Source: an uncultured Methanosarcinales archaeon
Lineage (GTDB): Archaea; Nanobdellota; Nanobdellia; Woesearchaeales; DSVV01
Assembly (NCBI GenBank): GCA_964390375.1
Contig: CAYMIF010000001.1
Coordinates: 45,460-109,459 of the forward strand
Direction: 5' to 3'
Length of the DNA: 64,000 nucleotides
The position numbers and the translations under genes are program-made. Below, piece by piece: positions 38,301-46,717 of this stretch. The notes under the pieces were generated by a model that made no database searches, was not told the origin of the DNA, and saw nothing but the letters and a program-made list of their open reading frames with translations. Numbering within the stretch: the first letter of the stretch is position 1; every line of letters begins with the position of its first letter.

Positions 38301-40623
38301 ATGCCTTGACTGCAGTTCCAGCGAGAAGTGAGCCGGTCTGGTTCATTACTGTGAGATCAAGGTAATATCTTATCAGAAGAGAGTTGTTCTGTATGTTCAG
38401 ACTGGAATATGTGGTGTTGGTTATTGTGTTGTTGATTCCATAGTTTGTTATCGCATCAAGTGTTGAGTCTGTTATCGTGCTCTGGGTTGAATTGAATATG
38501 ATCGGCGAGCTTATCGTGGATGATGTGGCATTCAATGTACCATCCACTGTTATGGAACTGGCTGTGAGCGTGGAATTTATGAGTGTCATGCTGTTGTTTA
38601 TCTTAATGTCTGAGGTCACGACAATGTTTTGATCCACATAAGTGCAGGTGTTTGCTATTGTCCAGGAGCTGTTTGTGGGCTGGCAGGAGTCAGGATAATA
38701 GGTCTGCACAGGGCTCCAGCCTGAGATGGAATAGGCAGCATCAATGCTTTGCACCTGCCAGTAGTAGGTAGTATTTTCAGAGATGTTGAGTGCATACCAT
38801 TCCTGCTGCATGGCATTTCCAAGATAACAGTAGTTTGAGCCAGAACAGCCTCCGAATTTCCCTGATAATACGTCTCCCTGGCCAGGTGATGTGCCTACAC
38901 GAAGATTGTAGTAGAGATGGTCGGTCGTGTCGTCAGTCGCTCCGCTCCAGGTGAAGTTCAGAAGATTTGTGTATGATGTGGTGAATGCAACTGGTGCAGA
39001 GGGTCTTGTGTTGCTGCGGTATAAGGAGAAGTTGTTGGTGTAGAGGATTGTCTTGTCATTCCCTGTTGTCAGGATGTCGAGGTCTCCGTCTTCATCATAG
39101 TCTGACATGGCAATCGATCCTTTTCCTCCGAGGCCATTGTTTACTGCCTCGAAATCAAGGCTTCCTTTTCTGATGAAATGGGTGTGGTTGTTCTCGTAGT
39201 ACAGGATTATGTCTGAGCCGTTGTATCCGGCAAGCAGAAGATCCATGTAGCCGTCGTTGTTGAGGTCTCCGAGGAAACTGGAGCTTTCGATAATTCCCTG
39301 CAGCTCCTGTGCATGCTCGAACTGGTTGTTCTGCCATCTGTAGACAATGGTCGTGTATGCGTCTGTTCCATTGTAGCCGGAGACTACTATGTCGAGATCT
39401 CCGTCTTGATTGATATCTCCTACTGTGGCAGAACCACGGTAGGTGTCGTTGAAGGATTGCTGTTCTGTGAGGGTGAAGCCGGAGTGGGAGTAGAGCTTCA
39501 TTTGGGCTCCGGATGGGAGTTCGTTGGTAGATCCCTGTGTCAAAAGGATATCATTTATTCGTATGTGATGACTATAAGTCAATCCAGTGAGACTAGTGAT
39601 ATTGGAGAAATTTATTCTGTTATTCTTATCTATATTATGTCTTATTATAACTATGGTTTCTTGCTTTAGTCCGGACTTTGCCAAATCATTATAACCATCT
39701 TTGTCATAATCAAATATTAGCATCTCACCATTAACTGTTCCATCAAGTTCCTGGAATTCAGAATAATTGTTATTGATGTTCTTAAAGATTTTTAGAAAAT
39801 GGTTTGAAGGAAAACCGCTTTCATGATGGTTATTTATCATCAAGTCAAGATCCTCGTCGTTGTCAATGTCTGCAAAGGCTATGTTTCTTTCTTCTCCTGT
39901 TGTGATTGATATGCCAGAATCCTTGGAGAAGCTGCCAGGCGCATCCTGCTCATAGAAGAAAGTGCTTGTTCCGGTCATGAAGAAGTCCAGGTCATCGTCA
40001 TTGTCGTAATCTGCCCAGGCAACGACTGATTTTGAGCCAATATCATCGAAGTTGGTCTTGGAAAATGTATCAAGTGGATTTGGGAAAATCTCAAAGCTTT
40101 CGTTGGTCTTTGTTGTGTTGTATATGCCGGTTGAGTTGCATATCACTGAATATGAATAATTACCTGCAGGAAATGTCCTGTTGTAGACATAGATGCTTCC
40201 GTTGGAGCGCATAAGGACATATGCAGGACTATCACTGAAATTTATGTAGCACTTGTTCTGGTCGTGGTCTGTGAGGATGGTTCCGTCAGTCTGGGTGTAG
40301 ACTGCGACAAAATGATGCTGTTCCCAATGGTAGGGGTGGAAATTCTCTGCGTAATTGTCTGCAAGCGGGATATATTCAGAGAGGAATGTCGTTAGGTTTG
40401 AGTTGTATGTGTAATTCTCTGCTGATGCCAGGACACTGTAGTCGTATCCTATCAAGTCTTCTGAGAAGGGAAATATGCCTATCAATGAAGAGATGAATAT
40501 CATTGCGGCAATGAACAAGAAGAACCATTGCTTTTGGGATATGACAGCCTGATTTTTAGAAGAGATTGTATTAACAAAGCTTTGGTCTTTGACCCTCCCC
40601 TCTTCTTTGCACCTTTTTTTCAT
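32350..40623 (-). CDS. giant (2757 aa) protein. It has an N-terminal signal/anchor, multiple FG-GAP/integrin-alpha-like beta-propeller repeats, an acidic linker, a large polytopic membrane domain with about 18-20 TM helices, and a cytoplasmic C-terminal region
   Basis: Repeated D-x-D-x-D-G-x-x-D motifs (DYDNDDDLD, DIDNDEDLD, DINQDGDLDIVV, DLNNDGYMDLLL, DYDEDGDLDIL, DYNNDGLLDLLL and others). Dense NxS/T sequons. A D/E-rich linker. A long hydrophobic block (LAYFFLVFIVIIVLV ... IAVYIWLHIYMLYAFI) precedes a ~330-aa soluble tail. Confidence 0.7.
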   Translation of the reverse strand: MKKRCKEEGRVKDQSFVNTISSKNQAVISQKQWFFLFIAAMIFISSLIGIFPFSEDLIGYDYSVLASAENYTYNSNLTTFLSEYIPLADNYAENFHPYHWEQHHFVAVYTQTDGTILTDHDQNKCYINFSDSPAYVLMRSNGSIYVYNRTFPAGNYSYSVICNSTGIYNTTKTNESFEIFPNPLDTFSKTNFDDIGSKSVVAWADYDNDDDLDFFMTGTSTFFYEQDAPGSFSKDSGISITTGEERNIAFADIDNDEDLDLMINNHHESGFPSNHFLKIFKNINNNYSEFQELDGTVNGEMLIFDYDKDGYNDLAKSGLKQETIVIIRHNIDKNNRINFSNITSLTGLTYSHHIRINDILLTQGSTNELPSGAQMKLYSHSGFTLTEQQSFNDTYRGSATVGDINQDGDLDIVVSGYNGTDAYTTIVYRWQNNQFEHAQELQGIIESSSFLGDLNNDGYMDLLLAGYNGSDIILYYENNHTHFIRKGSLDFEAVNNGLGGKGSIAMSDYDEDGDLDILTTGNDKTILYTNNFSLYRSNTRPSAPVAFTTSYTNLLNFTWSGATDDTTDHLYYNLRVGTSPGQGDVLSGKFGGCSGSNYCYLGNAMQQEWYALNISENTTYYWQVQSIDAAYSISGWSPVQTYYPDSCQPTNSSWTIANTCTYVDQNIVVTSDIKINNSMTLINSTLTASSITVDGTLNATSSTISSPIIFNSTQSTITDSTLDAITNYGINNTITNTTYSSLNIQNNSLLIRYYLDLTVMNQTGSLLAGTAVKAYDTDNRMHYDTATDSPGKARLVLTSDRNNGTSSIQNYTIYFQRSGYNQYNMDYTHSSNTALTITLNRSSEPIFSNYYNSLTTNFSEVSDVSNVSAASIGLPGFGMIMFNENIDVSNLDLNSIVNISQNNIDIDVSAAQGLNRRANITIFNLNFSAIPAILRNDQVCSDCTVIDYTNGNLTFNVSGFSNYSAASNSLLETDYSPSRLMINQTVTFTANYSNTTSHLPISENCTISLDSTWHNMSYTGAVHTIDYNFTSLGDKQVTIRCNMSGYETLNHTFSITVKPNSTAYDLDEQGVYGTSFGSSLLLADLDSNHYHDIFISGPEVLDKTTTKGYVYSNTNAFFTPHDEINLPDLMYGGISLADPFNDETYDIITSGQRQIDPIEKKLYIIRYQSGWTYDDSSHGINPVYYSSHAWLDYNNDGLIDLITCGTSDSAAYSTSLYTNNGDSFSKSVINFMGVTECSVNAVNLDNDNFTDIIVSGRYGNADDEFTTKVYMNNQAASFTNTQNLTGVKFGHITSGDIDNNGYMDIVLIGCSSGTSSPANCTDKIAKVYQNNANNLTYSPAWSQNLTAVWKGSLTLGDYNNDGLLDLLLAGTTRGTWTDSITKLYYSNGTTFIEDTFNTFDGSWAGSLAFADYNNDNNLDIFYTGFNESQSANTRIYRSDANELKNNTLPAPPTAVNISYNNSRMKINWTAGSDAESPVLYYNLKIGSSPTNQNILSSLNPLSTNPPQGYFGNMQLLQEISLDIPPRCAYVQVQSIDSSHQKSAWSAQVSYSTAEICDSYDNDCDQLADEDWDNDDDGQIGIAYAGICTNIDIFDCDDEDGGKITGGVCGNRGTWAHSGTNTCTCVGEDEDEDEGSSVSSGSSSFGGGSPDIIPQTEEPAEETTPEEQDDDSDSSGRKIKEPPAFIIQNYSITYELSNQIKKHTRFRVHENHTEIIDTIRNPTPLKKAQARLRITIPKDIINTTDHISSDVNFTIIQRDPKIEFALGDLGPYEEIHTNYTINKSMTEEEIGRISYELMIKEQSRIDDYLDDFEIYKAKELAKQAIQTNTTTVIYDNGSAEATVKIKPRDDNKKAVGVGLPIHIPKCLVEMLTHEYAEQVIDANFNFTITKADPEIFVHFEEIDDEMELKLKIKQVEDINCDEEVTVTALVASIVTRFGEPPKLLDYLTLAYFFLVFIVIIVLVNTTNIGKLKDHANKHPILKPLVWSIREFILLYFIFLLALSILDIMGMLGDLDFVKKMMSLLLAFILILKTNISERLFGKRSRITTALILIFCSLWWLPALEEIFIGLFGKYGFFGRAVKTILYLMDMTQDYTGIALISLFVIISILSYRLIIRNKDKSSFASNLLKGNYSPFRIIKTIIIIIITFFIFFQMIIEGFSIATDSIILISVALIFMIYHVIRYRKLTLSSLTEAFNAIEDFVRDIIVMLQDEGTYWVSISIRIFYIIGLGFIIFILSSLLPFMPQPEIYAQGFTAQSPSVYDLIMQSTADPLATYLIYVMNMIAILILFYIPFKIYSHIFYRNAQDTVEPKRLSFSRWTLISFAVSLVFFILTPIFQIKKINSNLVVGNEIVIKTLPEAIRPDIPGMIIAGILLVFIVAHMIRKHNHLMDIITHVIPAIAILFYFSMYFSSISFNLNILALSLISATVGIWAYLVTRKHKKIIEIKTVTIAILLVFVYTLFFLKNFIYHSIILYSKVIPDLTLNYLLFDYILDLMKIAVYIWLHIYMLYAFISELHANNEFGFHKYHIWLFDKSEIANFLHHSRFTPEKLRQKRYKDQQKRIKKELDKGMDRKADPHHLINYLIHHSYDINLISYTILIDEGYKEYYSKGLSKVLSEMIQELMVQKDPDDVAFSLLRVHCSPKMLGKEIAKAGLSPQAASQIYSEFSKYYAYTNILHSHGSERILKHHYFTKDAVKRYTQELENIKPIIFLFNTKTKDHRKLAENLLKKGWSKTHLKDALYLSNAKDKHKVYESLKKA

Positions 40624-40708
40624 ACTGTTCCCTTTTCCTGGATAAAGCTCTCGCTATCTTATAAAAGAAAAACAAGAAAAAGGAATATAAAAAGGTTTCG
40701 ACGAAAGA

Positions 40709-41620
40709 TTAGTTTTCCTTCGGGAATGCGTCTCTCATCCTTCTCTTTCCGATGATTGCAGATCCGATTCCCAGGAGTGCAAGCAGACCTGAGCCTGGCA
40801 CTGGAACCACTACCTGGTCGTCGTATGACAATGTATCGACATTTGGCATTGTTCCTTGAGTAGCGAATCCTTCGTAGTTGAAATCTGTCCTTCCGAGTAT
40901 AACATCCTGTGGGTCGAATGTGAAGTTGATGTTGTAGCTGTCTCCAGGATTTACATTTCCAATGATGTCCAGGATATTGGTTGTTGGATCATAGGATGAT
41001 GTCCATCCGCCCGGAAGCTGAAGGCTTGACTCGATGAATCCGAAGTCGTATGATTCTCTTGACTCTTGGCCGGGGTTGGCAAATGTCAATAATCCATCAC
41101 CCAAAAAATTTTGATCCTTGTCAGCTCCAAGTTTTAGTCCATAAAAGAATCCATTTTGTGCATCATCATCATAAGCACTCATGTTCCATGTCTGCGTAAC
41201 ATCGTCGTATGCAGGTCTCTGATAAGTGATGTCAGCTGCTGCTGTTGCTGCCAGAAGACCGATGCCTGCAAGTGCTCCTGCGGCTATTGCCTTTTTTCCG
41301 AAACTTGGTGTTGCTGGCTGATCTGCTTCGTCGACTATCTCGTCGACAGCCTGGTTCGGCCTGTATTCATGACCGCTCTGAGCTGCGTATGCCCTGTCTG
41401 TCTCGACTGCCCTTGCTGCATGGACAAGATGCCTTAGGTTTATTGTTCCGTCATCCTTAACCAGGTCCTTGCCCAGCCTTCCCATGGTCTGTGGGCTGAC
41501 GCCTGCATCTTCCATCCTCTGTGCGTAAGCTGAAAGAGCATCGTATACTCCCCTAGACATAGAGATGGTCATTGATCCATCGTTGTTCGGTTGCGCTATT
41601 GATTGTGCTGCATATGCCAT
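40709..41620 (-). CDS. protein with a PEP-CTERM-like C-terminal sorting signal (archaeosortase/exosortase-type substrate)
   Basis: The C-terminus VPVPGSGLLALLGIGSAIIGKRRMRDAF is a short Pro-containing motif, then a TM helix, then an Arg-rich tail. There is an internal hydrophobic segment KKAIAAGALAGIGLLAATAAA. The gene looks GC-richer than its neighbours by eye. Confidence 0.45.
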   Translation of the reverse strand: MAYAAQSIAQPNNDGSMTISMSRGVYDALSAYAQRMEDAGVSPQTMGRLGKDLVKDDGTINLRHLVHAARAVETDRAYAAQSGHEYRPNQAVDEIVDEADQPATPSFGKKAIAAGALAGIGLLAATAAADITYQRPAYDDVTQTWNMSAYDDDAQNGFFYGLKLGADKDQNFLGDGLLTFANPGQESRESYDFGFIESSLQLPGGWTSSYDPTTNILDIIGNVNPGDSYNINFTFDPQDVILGRTDFNYEGFATQGTMPNVDTLSYDDQVVVPVPGSGLLALLGIGSAIIGKRRMRDAFPKEN

Positions 41621-41724
41621 GTGGTTTCACCTTCGTGTTTTTATTCTAGACTGTAATAAAATGCTGATTTTTAACTGTAGAATGCATACTTATTTATAAA
41701 TATTTCGCGAGTCACTACATAAAA

Positions 41725-42054
41725 GTGGGGAAAATATGGGTTTTTGTGTTCCAGACTGATATATTTGAGATAGAGGAAGAGGATAGCTATTTCAGCTCCA
41801 CGATTTCACATGCCTATTATTCGATATTCTGCGGAGCTAAAGCTTATCTTTCCACAAAGGGGATAAAGACTAAGCATCCTGAAGAACACAGAAAAACATT
41901 TGAGGAATTTAAAAGATTTGTTGATGATGGCTTCATAGATGTGGAACTTCTAAACATTTATAAGCAGTTGCTTGTCCGAGCAGATACATTGCTTCATATA
42001 TTCAAACTCGAGAAGAATAAACGAGGGAAGTTCACATATAGAAAACTTACATAG
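41725..42054 (+). CDS. HEPN-like domain protein (small)
   Basis: SHAYYSIFCGAKAYLSTKGIKTKHPEEHRKTFEEFKRFV resembles the HEPN helix pair. Confidence 0.4.
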   Translation: MGKIWVFVFQTDIFEIEEEDSYFSSTISHAYYSIFCGAKAYLSTKGIKTKHPEEHRKTFEEFKRFVDDGFIDVELLNIYKQLLVRADTLLHIFKLEKNKRGKFTYRKLT

Positions 42055-42198
42055 GCAAATCAGGATCCTGCAAAAGAGAGTCTTGATAATTCCCTGGCAT
42101 TCTTTAAGCATATCTATAATCTTTGTGAAAAAGATTGAAGTTTTTCATAAAAATTTAAATAGTAATTTGAAGTTACTATATAGAAACTTAATATTAAG

Positions 42199-42789
42199 AT
42201 GGTAGGATTAAGTGTTAATGAAAGGAAAGCGCTTCTGGTGCTGCTAAAGGATTTTACTAGCTACTATAATGCTAATTCATTGGCAAATGAGATAGGAATC
42301 AGCCATGTGGGAGCACAGAAGATGTTTAGGCGGTTTGAACAAGATGGCGTGACTGTTTCAAAGAAAATCGGGAAGTCAATAGTGCATAAGATCAGGCTGG
42401 ATGATGATTACAATTCTAAGCTGCTGTCCTTTCTCTTGGCTGATGAAGCAAATAATTTCAGAAGGTGGAGAGAGGAATTCAGAAGCCTGTCTACGGGAAA
42501 CAGGATTGTCATGATGTTTGGCTCAGCACTGAAAAACTATAAGGAGGCAAGGGATATAGATCTCATGCTGGTCTTGCCTTTTGATCAGTCAACAGATATT
42601 AATAAAGCAGTAGATGAAAAAAGAGAAATCCTTCCGAAAAAACTGCATGTAATAAAGCTGAGGATAGAAGATTTCCAGAAAAATCTTAAAAAAAAGGAAG
42701 ATGTATTCGTAGACGTTATCAAGAATGCAGTAGTACTCTATGGACAAGACCAGTTCGTAGAGGTGCTTAAAACTGTCACAGGCTTCTAA
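42199..42789 (+). CDS. wHTH plus minimal nucleotidyltransferase (MNT) domain protein
   Basis: N-terminal HTH (ANSLANEIGISHVGAQKMFRRF). The MNT signature is MMFGSALKNYKEARDIDLMLVL (GS...D.D motif). Confidence 0.55.
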   Translation: MVGLSVNERKALLVLLKDFTSYYNANSLANEIGISHVGAQKMFRRFEQDGVTVSKKIGKSIVHKIRLDDDYNSKLLSFLLADEANNFRRWREEFRSLSTGNRIVMMFGSALKNYKEARDIDLMLVLPFDQSTDINKAVDEKREILPKKLHVIKLRIEDFQKNLKKKEDVFVDVIKNAVVLYGQDQFVEVLKTVTGF

Positions 42790-42793
42790 TCAT

Positions 42794-43291
42794 ATGAAAT
42801 GGTGCCTGAAAAAGGCTCAGCGTGAGATTCTGGAATGTGAAAAGAAAGGCCTTAGAAAGAAGCACAGAGGCCTACTGAAAACCAAACCAAATATCTCTGA
42901 AGCAAAAAAGCATATACTGAAAGCCAGACATAATTTTCGTGTAGTGATTATCCTCGAGAAGGAGGATATCTTTGATTGGTCTGTCAATGCAGTTTTTTAT
43001 ACTATCTATCATTGTTTCTTGGCTATTGCTTTTAGATTCGGCTATGAGAGCAGAAACCAGTCTTGTACCATCTCTTTGATCCAATGCTTGATTGAAAAGG
43101 GTATGATAGATCTTGATATGAAATTCGTCAATCTCCTCAAATACAATGAAAAGGAAAACAGTATCATAGATATGAGGGAAGAATATACATATGGGATTGA
43201 GATTGATATCGCTGATAATAAGATCATGAAAGAACTTATCCAAGACTGCAGGGAAGTTATCGATATGGCTATGAGGATAGTGCATGATTAA
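42794..43291 (+). CDS. HEPN-like domain protein
   Basis: 165-aa helical protein immediately downstream of the MNT gene. AKKHILKARHNF...AVFYTIYHCFLAIAF is HEPN-like. Confidence 0.4.
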   Translation: MKWCLKKAQREILECEKKGLRKKHRGLLKTKPNISEAKKHILKARHNFRVVIILEKEDIFDWSVNAVFYTIYHCFLAIAFRFGYESRNQSCTISLIQCLIEKGMIDLDMKFVNLLKYNEKENSIIDMREEYTYGIEIDIADNKIMKELIQDCREVIDMAMRIVHD

Positions 43292-43405
43292 TAATTAAAG
43301 AGACTGTCGGATGTCTTTCGCAATATGAAAAACATAAAATTATTTATATTAGCTTTTGCACAATCCTTTACAACTAGCGCTTAGAAAAAAGAGGATAATG
43401 CTATA

Positions 43406-45043
43406 ATGGAGCCGATCGTGCTATTGGGACTTATAATACTTCTTGCTGCAGCTTTGTCGGTTGTGGCTAAGTTCTTAAAACAACCTCCGCTGGTCGCTTA
43501 TCTTATCGGAGGGGTGCTGCTGATACCCCTGAAATCATTCTTCAATATAAGGACTGATGAGCTGGAGCCTCTTTTAGGGGTTGCGCAAAAACTTGGGATA
43601 GTTCTGCTGCTGTTCATGGCCGGGCTGGAAATCAGGCCTGAGAAGATCAAGAAACACCTGAGATCAGCGCTTGTACTGAGCCTTTCGCAGATCGTCCTGA
43701 CGCTCGTCTTTATCTATCTCCTGGCTGTCGGGTTCTTCGACAAAGCACCTATCGAAGGGCTCTATATCGGAATAGCCATCGCACTGTCCTCGACAATCGT
43801 TGTCGTGAAAGTGCTGTCTGTCAGAAAAGAGCTGCATACACTGCACGGACAGGTGCTGATCGCGATCATGATCGTACAGGACATTGTTGCACTGGTCGCG
43901 CTGACGTTCTTTTCAAGCCTGCATGGCGCCATAAATGATCCTGTCTTCGGACTATATATAGTGTTTGTCAAGGGATGCGGGACTTTCTGCCTTCTGCTTC
44001 TGATATCCAGAAGCATACTTGAGAAGGTCTTTGAGATGGTGGCCAGGTCAATCGAAGAGATATTCCTCATGGGCATCGCGTGGTGCTTTGTGGGGGTGCT
44101 TGTTGCGCATTTCTTCCAGTTCTCTATCGAGCTTGGGGCGTTCATCGCAGGACTTACCATCGCGAGCCTTCCTTTCTCGTTTGAAATTAGGGACAAGTCA
44201 AGGAGCCTGCGGGATTTCGGACTGCTCCTGCTTTTCATCTCAGTCGGCTCAAGCATAACACTGTCATGGGACATAATACTCAGCACAGAAGCGTGGATAT
44301 ACATATTCTTTGCGCTTTTCGGCACATTCTTCATACTGCAATTATTCACAAACGTGCTGGGGATGGAGAAAAAACAAGGCTTTTTAATATCTGCGATACC
44401 GAGCCAGATATCTGAATTCTCTATCGTTATTATATCATACGGGCTTATCATGGGCGACATCAGGCAGGAGGTGTTCTCGATGATCACGATCGTCGCTATC
44501 ATAACAATCATATTGTCCTCATTCATGCTCGAGAACCTCAACTGGTTCTTCAAGAGATTCAACCACCTCCTTTTCTTCCATCACCTGAATCCTAACAGGC
44601 ACAGGCGAGGGATTCATGAGCATGACTTCAAGGGGCATGTGGTCGTATACGGGATGGGACACCTTGGCAACCAGATCGTGCAGTATTTTTTAGAGAAGAA
44701 AAAGGAGGTCATAGTGGTGGATTGGGTGCCTGACCGTGTGAAGCATGCGAAGCGGATGGGATGCAACATAATGTACGGCGATGCCGGGGACCCTGATGTG
44801 TGGGAAGAGACAAGGTCAGAGTTTGCACATATAGTAATAAATACAATAGACAAGAACCAGGAAGATGATGTGAATTTCATGCAGTGGATCAAGAGAAGAG
44901 GAAAAAGGCCTATCATGATCGCTGAGACAAATTCGCCTGAGGATGAGATCAAGCTGAAGTCATTAGGATATGACCTGGTGCTGATGCCTGGTGAGATTAC
45001 CTGGAATGCATTGACCAGGTATTTTAGAAAACATAAGATATGA
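43406..45043 (+). CDS. CPA2-family (Kef-type) monovalent cation:proton antiporter with a C-terminal RCK/TrkA-N domain
   Basis: About 12 TM helices with the Kef-like motif LGIVLLLFMAGLEI. The C-terminal Rossmann segment reads VVVYGMGHLGNQIVQYF...VVVD. Confidence 0.75.
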   Translation: MEPIVLLGLIILLAAALSVVAKFLKQPPLVAYLIGGVLLIPLKSFFNIRTDELEPLLGVAQKLGIVLLLFMAGLEIRPEKIKKHLRSALVLSLSQIVLTLVFIYLLAVGFFDKAPIEGLYIGIAIALSSTIVVVKVLSVRKELHTLHGQVLIAIMIVQDIVALVALTFFSSLHGAINDPVFGLYIVFVKGCGTFCLLLLISRSILEKVFEMVARSIEEIFLMGIAWCFVGVLVAHFFQFSIELGAFIAGLTIASLPFSFEIRDKSRSLRDFGLLLLFISVGSSITLSWDIILSTEAWIYIFFALFGTFFILQLFTNVLGMEKKQGFLISAIPSQISEFSIVIISYGLIMGDIRQEVFSMITIVAIITIILSSFMLENLNWFFKRFNHLLFFHHLNPNRHRRGIHEHDFKGHVVVYGMGHLGNQIVQYFLEKKKEVIVVDWVPDRVKHAKRMGCNIMYGDAGDPDVWEETRSEFAHIVINTIDKNQEDDVNFMQWIKRRGKRPIMIAETNSPEDEIKLKSLGYDLVLMPGEITWNALTRYFRKHKI

Positions 45044-45047
45044 GGAG

Positions 45048-45446
45048 ATGAGAATGACAATTTCTGAACATGAATTTGAAAAGGATATGGAAAGACCATG
45101 GGGCGGGTTCATTGTCTTTGCTGACAATGAGCAGTGCACTGCAAAGATACTGTTTGTGAAAGCAGGCGAGAAACTTTCTCTTCAGTCCCACTGGATGCGG
45201 GACGAGCACTGGTACTGCATATCAGGAAAAGCCAGGATAATGCGCGGGCCTGTTTTTGATTCCCTGCAGGAAATCAAGAAGAACCTCAAAGAGACCATCA
45301 TCACTGAAGGTGATAATATCATGATTCCTAAGGGAACTGTGCATACTGCAGAAGGAATGAGCGATGCCAAGATACTTGAGATCTCAAAAGGCATGTTCGA
45401 TGAGAAGGATATTGTCAGGCATGAAGACAGATATGGAAGAAAATAA
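45048..45446 (+). CDS. cupin-2 domain protein (mannose-6-phosphate isomerase type II C-terminal-like)
   Basis: RPWGGF...KLSLQSHWMRDEHWYCISGKA...GTVHTAEG is the cupin His/Glu metal-site pattern. Confidence 0.6.
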   Translation: MRMTISEHEFEKDMERPWGGFIVFADNEQCTAKILFVKAGEKLSLQSHWMRDEHWYCISGKARIMRGPVFDSLQEIKKNLKETIITEGDNIMIPKGTVHTAEGMSDAKILEISKGMFDEKDIVRHEDRYGRK

Positions 45447-45460
45447 TAATAAGAAAAAAA

Positions 45461-46498
45461 TCAGAGGTCTTCCAGACCTCCCTGCACTACCATGAATGAA
45501 CATTCTCCGTCTGCCAGGTTCGGCGCATCTATGAGCTTTGCGACACGAGTGCCTTTCTTTCCCTTTCTTAGATAGATCCTGAAAGTAGATGCATGCGCGA
45601 CAATGTGCCCTCCGATCGCCTGGGTAGGATCACCGAAGAACTGGTCCGGCTTTGCCATGACCTGGTTTGTCACATAGACGCAGATGTTGTATGTGTCTGC
45701 AAGCTTCAGGAGAGTGTGCATGTGCTTGTTGAGCTTCTGCTGGCGCTCGGCGAGGGTTCCTCTTCCGATGAACTCTGCCCTGAAATGAGCTGTCAGGGAG
45801 TCGACGATTATGACCTTGACGTTTAGGTTCTGGTCCTTTATCAGCTGCTCTACCTTCTCGGCAAGCAGCATCTGGTGGTCTGAGTTGTAGGCCCTTGCGA
45901 CTTTTATGTGCTTGAGAACCATGTTCTCATCCAGACCTGCACCGACAGCAAGCTGCTTTATCCTCTCAGGCCTGAAAGTGTTCTCTGTGTCTATATATAT
46001 CGCATAGGGGTCCTTTTCTCCTTTGAGCTTCTGGACGTTGACCGCAAGAATATGACCTATCTGGGTCTTTCCTCCGCCGAATTCTGAAAAGATCTCTGTT
46101 ATCGCTCCTGTCTCGATGCCTCCTTCCATGAGATCATCGAATGCTTTTGAGCCGGTAGATATCTTCTCGACCTTCTCCCTTCGCTTGAGGATGTCATCTG
46201 CTGCCTCAAAGCCCATGTCAAGAGCATCCCTTGAAGCATTTATCATCTTCCTTGCTGCAGCCTCGGTTATGCCTGCAGCATCTGTGAGCTCGCCAGGCGA
46301 TGCTACTGCTATGGACATCAGATTATCATAGCCTACCTGCTTGAGCTTGTCTGCGGTTGCTGCACCTACGCCCGGAAGGTCTATTATGTCCTTTATCTTC
46401 CCTTCCTGAGCCTGCTCAACCGATTCCTCAACTTTCTCTTCATCTTGTTCCTTCATCATAACTTCCTCGACCATCTGTGGTTTCTTTTTAGCTAACAT
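45461..46498 (-). CDS. radA: DNA repair and recombination protein RadA, with a short acidic N-terminal extension
   Basis: HhH region [12 protein letters not shown]. Walker [10 protein letters not shown]. Walker B VKVIIVDS. It is typical of archaeal RadA. An AT-rich TATA-like box sits about 25 nt upstream. Confidence 0.9.
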   Translation of the reverse strand: MLAKKKPQMVEEVMMKEQDEEKVEESVEQAQEGKIKDIIDLPGVGAATADKLKQVGYDNLMSIAVASPGELTDAAGITEAAARKMINASRDALDMGFEAADDILKRREKVEKISTGSKAFDDLMEGGIETGAITEIFSEFGGGKTQIGHILAVNVQKLKGEKDPYAIYIDTENTFRPERIKQLAVGAGLDENMVLKHIKVARAYNSDHQMLLAEKVEQLIKDQNLNVKVIIVDSLTAHFRAEFIGRGTLAERQQKLNKHMHTLLKLADTYNICVYVTNQVMAKPDQFFGDPTQAIGGHIVAHASTFRIYLRKGKKGTRVAKLIDAPNLADGECSFMVVQGGLEDL

Positions 46499-46540
46499 GT
46501 TGGTATCACCTTTCTGTTTTTAATTATTTTTGTTTCCATG

Positions 46541-46660
46541 GATTAGGGGATCCGCCAACAGGCGAATCCCAGAACCCTTGGGGATGATCCTCGTGATTCG
46601 TGAAGACCGCTAAACCAGTATAATGACCGGCTTAATATGGGTTTAGCATGATTTTTTGAA
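46541..46660. ncRNA. candidate small structured RNA or regulatory structure. Strand unresolved
   Basis: Nested inverted repeats GGGATCCGCC/GGCGAATCCC and GCTAAACC/GGTTTAGC. An oligo-T run follows on the plus strand (GATTTTTTG). An AT-rich TATA-like box lies at 46519-46530 upstream. Confidence 0.25.
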
Positions 46661-46717
46661 AAAAATAAAGAAAAAAATGAAATCTTTGCTGAATCTTCTG
46701 AAACACAGAATATACTC

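Noticed and set aside
43762-44562. 266-aa minus-strand ORF inside the Kef antiporter gene
   Set aside because: It is the shadow frame of a hydrophobic membrane-protein gene. The sense strand has a clear CPA2/RCK architecture.
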